Both the position numbers and the translations under genes were made by a program. Source: a virus (lineage: Duplodnaviria > Caudoviricetes). From it: 64,000 nt of DNA. The stretch is from the IMG/VR virus record IMGVR_UViG_3300026116_000035; one strand, 5' to 3'. Numbering within the stretch: the stretch's first letter is position 1; each line of letters begins with the position of its first letter. Below the pieces are notes generated by a model. It was not told the origin of the DNA, did not search any database, and saw only the letters and a list, made by a program, of their open reading frames with translations. Shown here piece by piece: positions 58,484 to 64,000 of this stretch.

Positions 58484-59491
58484 TTGATGAAGAATGTTGA
58501 AGAAAATAAAGTTTGTAGTATTACTGGAATAAACGGCCAAACTGGTAGTTTTTTAGCTGAATTATTACTAGAAAAAGGATATAAAGTTTATGGCATGGTT
58601 AGAAAAAGCTCTGTCTTTAACACGGAAAGAATTGAAAATATTTATAATCATCCAAATTTAAAACTTATTTATGGCGATTTGGCTGACACATTAAGTGTTG
58701 TAGATTTTATTACTCAAACTAGGCCTGATTATTTTTTTAATTTAGGTGGATTATCACATGTTAGAACCAGTATAGATATGCCTTTATCAGCTATTGATGT
58801 TGATGGTCTAGGTGTTGTTAGATGCTTAGAAGGGATTAGAAAATATAGTTCTCATACACGATTTTTACAAGCATCAACTTCAGAATTATTTGGTAATTCT
58901 CCTGCACCACAAAATGAACTTACCCCTATGGTTCCATGTAGCCCTTATTCAATAGGAAAATTGACTGGATATAGTGCTGTTAATTATTATAAACTCGCAT
59001 ATGGAATGTTTGCTGTAAATGCAATTAGTTTTAATCATGAATCATATCGCAGAAATCCAACATTTGTAACAAGAAAAATTACAAAAACATTATCAGAAAT
59101 AAAACTCGGATTAAAAACTGAATTAAATTTAGGAAATTTAGTCTCAAAACGCGATTTTTCTCATGCTTCGGACGTTGCTGAAGCTATGTATTTAATGATT
59201 ACTGCAGAAAATCCGGAAAATTATGTAATATCGAGTGGAGAAACTTATTCAATTGAACAATTTTTAGATTTAGTAGCTGCAAAATTAGAATTAAATTGGA
59301 AAGATTATGTTAAATTTGATAAACGATTGTTGAGACCTGTAGAAGTTAATTGTCTTTTAGGAGATAGTACTAAAATTCGTACAGAACTTTCATGGAAGCC
59401 AAAATATAATATTAATTCATTAGTGGATGAAATGGTTGAATATGATTTAAAATTGGCTAGACGGCAATTATTATTAAAAAATAATGAATAA
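58484..59491 (+). CDS. gmd: GDP-mannose 4,6-dehydratase
   Basis: TGINGQTGSFLAELL; YGDLAD; LGGLSHV; QASTSELFG; SPYSIGK; FNHES...FVTRKI; GNLVSKRD. Confidence 0.95.
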   Translation: MMKNVEENKVCSITGINGQTGSFLAELLLEKGYKVYGMVRKSSVFNTERIENIYNHPNLKLIYGDLADTLSVVDFITQTRPDYFFNLGGLSHVRTSIDMPLSAIDVDGLGVVRCLEGIRKYSSHTRFLQASTSELFGNSPAPQNELTPMVPCSPYSIGKLTGYSAVNYYKLAYGMFAVNAISFNHESYRRNPTFVTRKITKTLSEIKLGLKTELNLGNLVSKRDFSHASDVAEAMYLMITAENPENYVISSGETYSIEQFLDLVAAKLELNWKDYVKFDKRLLRPVEVNCLLGDSTKIRTELSWKPKYNINSLVDEMVEYDLKLARRQLLLKNNE

Positions 59492-59500
59492 AAGGAATAA

Positions 59501-60457
59501 ATGAGAGTTTTAATTACCGGTTCCAATGGCATGCTTGGAAGAAATTTAATATCTAAATTATTACAATCAAGTTCCAGTCATACATTTTTAACTCCATCTT
59601 CTAGTGAATTAGATTTAAGTAATTCTGGTCATACTTGGGATTATTTTTACAAATTTAAACCTGAAATAATAATTCATTTAGCCGCCTTTGTTGGAGGAAT
59701 TGGATTAAATAAAAAACAACCAGCCGATTTAACTCATTTAAATTTAAAAATGACTGTTAATTTATTTGACGCCATACGAGAACATAAGACAAAATATTTC
59801 TATGGCATGGGTTCAGTTTGCTCTTATCCTAAATTTCTACCCCACGGTTTAAATAAATTTTCAGAAGAAGATATGTGGGGTAAACGTAGCGAATTTACCA
59901 ATTTCGGATATGGCGAAAATAAGAAAATGATGATCGTTGAATTCGAAACCCATAAAAGACAATATGGTTTAAAAGGTGCTAATTTAGTTTTATGTAATAT
60001 GTATGGACCTCACGATCATTTTTTTGATCTAGAAAATTCCCATGTTATACCCGCCTTAATAAGAAAATTTTATGAAGCTAAATTAAATAATTTACCACAA
60101 GTTGAATGTTGGGGAACAGGTAAGGCAACTAGAAGTTTCCTTTATGTTGAAGATGCTTGTGATGCTATTTCAAAAGCTTTAAATATGAAATTAGATACAG
60201 ATGAATATATAAACATTGGTCCCGAAGATGATATATCAATATTAGATTTAGCTAATATGATCTCTGAATTAGTTGATTATAAGGGAAATATAGTTTTTTC
60301 TGGAGAATTAGATGGACAACCAAAACGTTTATTATCTGTAGAAAAGGCTAAATCAATATTAAATTGGAAAACTGAAACTGAATTAAAAATTGGATTAATG
60401 AAAACTATCGAGTTTTATAAAGAAAATAGATTAAATTATGTAAGTGAATCAAAATGA
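59501..60457 (+). CDS. fcl: GDP-L-fucose synthase (epimerase/reductase)
   Basis: TGSNGMLG; HLAAFVGGI; GSVCSYP; YGENK; NMYGPHD; SHVIPALIRK; WGTGKATR. Confidence 0.92.
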   Translation: MRVLITGSNGMLGRNLISKLLQSSSSHTFLTPSSSELDLSNSGHTWDYFYKFKPEIIIHLAAFVGGIGLNKKQPADLTHLNLKMTVNLFDAIREHKTKYFYGMGSVCSYPKFLPHGLNKFSEEDMWGKRSEFTNFGYGENKKMMIVEFETHKRQYGLKGANLVLCNMYGPHDHFFDLENSHVIPALIRKFYEAKLNNLPQVECWGTGKATRSFLYVEDACDAISKALNMKLDTDEYINIGPEDDISILDLANMISELVDYKGNIVFSGELDGQPKRLLSVEKAKSILNWKTETELKIGLMKTIEFYKENRLNYVSESK

Positions 60458-61422
60458 GTAAAATTAATTTATTAGTAACTGGGTCATCTGGATTTATATA
60501 TGGAAATTTTATTCGATATATGCTTAAAAATTCTAATGATTATAAAATTTCCAGTATAGATGATATTAAAGATGTTAAATTAATTAATACCATTTACGCT
60601 AATAAAGGTCATCAATTTTATATGGGTGACATTACAAATCAACATTTTGTAAATAATGTTTTTGAGATTGAACGTCCAGACATAGTAATTCATGGAGCGG
60701 CAGAATCATTTGTAGATAAATCTTTAATTGCCGGCCAAGAATTTGTAAAATCAAATGTATTAGGAACTCAAATTTTAATTGATGTAGCTTTAAAATATAA
60801 AGTTAAAAAATTTATTTATGCATCAACTGATGAGATATACGGAGCTTTAAATAATGAAAATGAACCTTCTTGGACTGAGGAATCTCCATTAGCTCCACGA
60901 AATCCGTATTCTGCCACAAAAGCTGCTGGAGAATTATTAGTTAATGCAGCTCATATTACTCATGGATTAAATTATATAATAACTAGAGCTTGTAATAATT
61001 ATGGTCCAAGACAGCCAAGAAGAAATTTAATTCCAGTAACAATTGGAAATATATTAGAAGGAAAAGAAGTTCCAATATATGGACAAGGTTCTCAAATTAG
61101 AGAATGGATATATGTGCAAGATATGTGTTCAGCTATAAAAACAATTATTGAAAATAATACTATTAATGAAATATATAATATATCTTCTGGACAAGAATTT
61201 TCAAATATAGAAGTTTGTAATGAAATTTGTAATATACTTGGAAAAGGTCATAATTTATTAAAATTTGTAACTGATCCACGAGGAAATGGTCATGATTTTA
61301 GATATTCAGTAATATGCGATAAATTGAAAAAACTCGGATGGAAACCACAATATAATTTTAAAAAAAATGGGCTCGAGGCTTGCGTAAATTGGTATGTAAC
61401 AAACAATTGGTTTTTAAAATAA
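60454..61422 (+). CDS. rfbB: dTDP-glucose 4,6-dehydratase
   Basis: HGAAESFVD; STDEIYG; PRNPYSATK; NNYGPRQ; YGQGSQIREW; DPRGNGHDFRY. The NAD motif is altered (GSSGFIY). Confidence 0.88.
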   Translation: MSKINLLVTGSSGFIYGNFIRYMLKNSNDYKISSIDDIKDVKLINTIYANKGHQFYMGDITNQHFVNNVFEIERPDIVIHGAAESFVDKSLIAGQEFVKSNVLGTQILIDVALKYKVKKFIYASTDEIYGALNNENEPSWTEESPLAPRNPYSATKAAGELLVNAAHITHGLNYIITRACNNYGPRQPRRNLIPVTIGNILEGKEVPIYGQGSQIREWIYVQDMCSAIKTIIENNTINEIYNISSGQEFSNIEVCNEICNILGKGHNLLKFVTDPRGNGHDFRYSVICDKLKKLGWKPQYNFKKNGLEACVNWYVTNNWFLK

Positions 61423-61482
61423 AGAATTAAAATGCGCAATGTTCGTGGCTCTATATTAAATAGATACTCTAATAAGGATATA

Positions 61483-62868
61483 ATGTCAGTAAAGAATGAA
61501 ACAATAAAAATGGAACAAAACGAATTAGTCGATGATATTTCAAACGAAGAAATTAAAAAATCAAACGAAGAAGAAAATTTAAATGATGATGTGATGGCTC
61601 AATTAAAAGCAAAATTGGCAGCCAAAACAGAAAAAGCTGAGGAAAAAGTTATGACACCACGAATAGTAGAAAAGAAAAAGCGCAGTATTGATCTAGGAGT
61701 TGTAGCTTCTGGTCAGGCTGGCGGAAGAATTGCAGAAACTTTTAATACTCTAGGATATCCCGTTGTAGCTGTAAATACTGCCCAACAAGATTTAGAATTT
61801 TTAAATATTGACGAATCTTGCAAACTCCATCTTCAATGGACTTTAGGTGGTACTGCAAAAGATCAAATTACCTCTAAGGATGCTACTGATAATAATATTG
61901 ATTCAATTCGTCAGATTATTGCAGAAAAATTAGATTCTTCAGTACACGGTTATATTTTTACTACATCTTTGGCTGGTGGTTCTGGTTCAGGTTCTGCCGA
62001 ATCAATTATCCAAATGATGCAGGAATTTGGAAAGCCTATTGTAGTTGTTGCCGTACTACCTCTTTCAAATGATGATGCTATTGGTAAAAATAATACTATT
62101 TCAGCTTTAGCTAAATTAACTTCTATGGCTCAAAATAAACAAATATCTAATTTAATTTTAGTTGATAATAGCCGAATTGAAACCATTTTTGCTGATGTTT
62201 CTCAAATGGATTTCTTTAATGTTTCAAATTTAGCTATTGTGGATGGTTTAGATTCATTTAATAAATATAGTGCTCAGCCATCAAAAGTAAAGAGTTTTGA
62301 TCCAATGGAATGGGCTACTGTACTTTTTTCATCTAATGGCATTTCTACTTATGGTTCTATCGATGTAGATAACGTTCAAGAACCTACAAGAATTGCTGAA
62401 TCTGTTATTGAGAGCTTATCTGGAGGATTATTGGCTAGTGGGTTTGATCTTAAACAAGCTAGTCATGTAGGTGTATTATTTGTTGGAAATGAAGAAACTA
62501 TGAAATCAATTCCTAGCGCAAATATTAACTATGCTATGAGTATAATTAAAGAAACTAGTCCAAGTGCTACAGGAGTTTTTCGAGGCTTATATGAGGATGA
62601 ATCAATTAAGCCTGGAATATTAAGAGTTTATTCTATTTTTGCTGGATTAGGATTGCCAACTGAACGTATTAATTCTTTACAAAAATCTGCTAAAGAAGAG
62701 ATGGAAAAAACTAAGGGTAGAGATCAAAATAGAAATTTAACTCTTAAATTAGAAACTGGAGTTGAAGAAACAGCCTCTGCTGCTGATAAGGTACGTGAAT
62801 TAATTAAGAGAAATAGTTCAACGTTTACTAAGAATTTTGTCGGTATTAAAGATTTTCGCAAGAAATGA
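61483..62868 (+). CDS. Tubulin/FtsZ-superfamily GTPase (PhuZ/TubZ/CetZ-like)
   Basis: T1 SGQAGGRI; AVNTAQQD; T4 signature LAGGSGSG; LVDNS; T7-like FDPME. Start ATG 61483 has SD AAGGA (the track starts at 61432). Confidence 0.9.
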   Translation: MSVKNETIKMEQNELVDDISNEEIKKSNEEENLNDDVMAQLKAKLAAKTEKAEEKVMTPRIVEKKKRSIDLGVVASGQAGGRIAETFNTLGYPVVAVNTAQQDLEFLNIDESCKLHLQWTLGGTAKDQITSKDATDNNIDSIRQIIAEKLDSSVHGYIFTTSLAGGSGSGSAESIIQMMQEFGKPIVVVAVLPLSNDDAIGKNNTISALAKLTSMAQNKQISNLILVDNSRIETIFADVSQMDFFNVSNLAIVDGLDSFNKYSAQPSKVKSFDPMEWATVLFSSNGISTYGSIDVDNVQEPTRIAESVIESLSGGLLASGFDLKQASHVGVLFVGNEETMKSIPSANINYAMSIIKETSPSATGVFRGLYEDESIKPGILRVYSIFAGLGLPTERINSLQKSAKEEMEKTKGRDQNRNLTLKLETGVEETASAADKVRELIKRNSSTFTKNFVGIKDFRKK

Positions 62869-62886
62869 TATATAATATATAAGTTA

Positions 62887-62921
62887 ATAGCCTATATATT
62901 TATTATAAGTATATAGGCTAT
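62887..62921 (+). terminator. Near-perfect hairpin after the tubulin gene
   Basis: ATAGCCTATATA (62887-62898) pairs with TATATAGGCTAT (62910-62921), extendable inward with one G-U pair, and is followed by ATTTATTT. Confidence 0.6.
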
Positions 62922-62947
62922 ATTTATTTAATGGGTTAAGGAAATGA

Positions 62948-64000
62948 TTGGTTGAAATTATAATAAATGGAACATCTTGTAAATTAATAGATGATTCAAT
63001 ACCTACTAGAGTTTTGCAGAAATTAGATTTAGAACTATCTTATAAAATCGAAGGCGCTGAATTTAGTGAAGCGTATAAATCTCGTGGATGGGATGGTACG
63101 AAACATTTATTAAGTAAAAAATTAGAATTTCCATACGGTTTATTAGATAGAGTTAAAGATTTTTTAAAAGTATATGATATTGAATATACGATTAAAGATA
63201 ATCGTGATATTTTTAAACCGAGACCAATAGATATTTCAGAACGATTAAAAGAACTTAAAAAAATTCCATATGATTATCAAATAAAAGCCGCAAGTATAGT
63301 TTTAGAAAAAGATTGTGGAATAATTCGTATGGCTACTGGCGCTGGCAAGTCGATTGTATGCTGTATGATGATTGCTAACTTGGGTCGAAATGCTAATGTA
63401 TATGTTATTGGAAAAGATTTATTATATCAATTACATTCATTATTAAAACAAGTATTTGTAAATATTAAAGTTGGCATTATTGGTGATGGATTATGTGAAA
63501 TTGGTGATATAAATGTAATTTCTATTTTTACTGCTGGTATTTGTTGTGGTATTGATAAAAAGAAAATTATTAATGATGATTTTGATGGCGAAAATATTGT
63601 GCCAGAAAATAAACATCAATTTATTAGAGAAGCATTAAAAAAAGCCAAAGTTCATATATTAGATGAATGCCAAGTAGTAACAGCAGAAACAATTAACATT
63701 ATACATAAAAATATAAATGCAGCTTATATTTATGGAATGAGCGCTACTCCATATAGAGGAGATAATAGTTCAATTTTAATTTCTGAATCAATTCTTGGCA
63801 GAAATATAGTAGATATTTCAGCGTCATATTTAATTGAACGTGGTTTTTTGGTACAACCTGTTATTAAATTTATTGATGTTCCAAAATATAAAGGAGTTCT
63901 ACCTAAAACTTATCAACAAATATATACGACATATATAGTTGAAAATAAAGTTAGAAACGATCTAATTATAGAACATGCAAAAGATTTAGTTGCAAAAGGT
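62948..64000 (+). CDS. Superfamily 2 helicase (UvsW-like), 3' truncated; absent from the ORF track
   Basis: Translated by hand: TTG start with SD AAGGA; PYDYQ; Walker A MATGAGKS; motif II LDECQ (63662-63673); motif III MSATPYRGD; open to the window end. Confidence 0.88.
   Translation, partial: MVEIIINGTSCKLIDDSIPTRVLQKLDLELSYKIEGAEFSEAYKSRGWDGTKHLLSKKLEFPYGLLDRVKDFLKVYDIEYTIKDNRDIFKPRPIDISERLKELKKIPYDYQIKAASIVLEKDCGIIRMATGAGKSIVCCMMIANLGRNANVYVIGKDLLYQLHSLLKQVFVNIKVGIIGDGLCEIGDINVISIFTAGICCGIDKKKIINDDFDGENIVPENKHQFIREALKKAKVHILDECQVVTAETINIIHKNINAAYIYGMSATPYRGDNSSILISESILGRNIVDISASYLIERGFLVQPVIKFIDVPKYKGVLPKTYQQIYTTYIVENKVRNDLIIEHAKDLVAKG

Noticed and set aside
49715-59532. Minus-strand ORFs 49715..49924 and 59305..59532
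   Set aside because: Antisense to the carbamoyltransferase and gmd.
1-64000. Alternative genetic code (stop recoding seen in some huge phages)
   Set aside because: Long ORFs tile the window in the standard code, and TAA, TGA and TAG all end genes at sensible positions.
1-64000. Eukaryotic giant virus, or chromosomal eCIS plus O-antigen locus
   Set aside because: The contractile tail and SD motifs argue against an NCLDV. The HNH, UvsW-like helicase, tubulin, G/GT frameshift and lack of export or housekeeping genes favour a phage over a chromosomal eCIS. The latter is not formally excluded because no head genes are in view.
1-64000. tRNA, rRNA or structured ncRNA genes
   Set aside because: Intergenic gaps are short and AT-rich, and no cloverleaf or conserved RNA motif was seen by eye; a covariance-model scan was not possible.

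Overview
This is an AT-rich, densely packed window in which almost every gene lies on the + strand. It has bacterial-type Shine-Dalgarno sites and uses the standard genetic code. It is best read as part of a large (jumbo-type) myovirus genome, although no capsid, portal or terminase gene is visible, so that assignment is an inference. From 1 to 37.6 kb lies a complete contractile-tail module: a beta-helix protein cut by the window edge, tail completion protein, sheath, a frameshifted HNH homing endonuclease, tube, G/GT-type chaperones with a -1 slippery site, tape measure, tube initiator, hub, spike, two unknown proteins, gp25-like, J-like and very large I-like wedge proteins, and a dockerin-bearing protein. 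One opposite-strand lipoprotein gene with myxobacterial-like features interrupts the module. A 2H phosphoesterase follows. From 38.6 to 61.4 kb is a ~23 kb, translationally coupled glycan-synthesis locus: about 10 glycosyltransferases including GT10 and GT11 fucosyltransferases, gmd, fcl, rfbB, a NodU-type carbamoyltransferase, a methyltransferase and an unassigned nucleotide-sugar pathway. It contains no recognisable flippase, polymerase or priming transferase. The window ends with a tubulin-family GTPase and a truncated SF2 helicase. The leading hypothesis is a phage-encoded, cytoplasmic virion-glycosylation system. A D-G-Y tripeptide that is strongly over-represented in the structural proteins is a candidate acceptor motif. 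All family calls come from motif recognition by eye; no database search was run.
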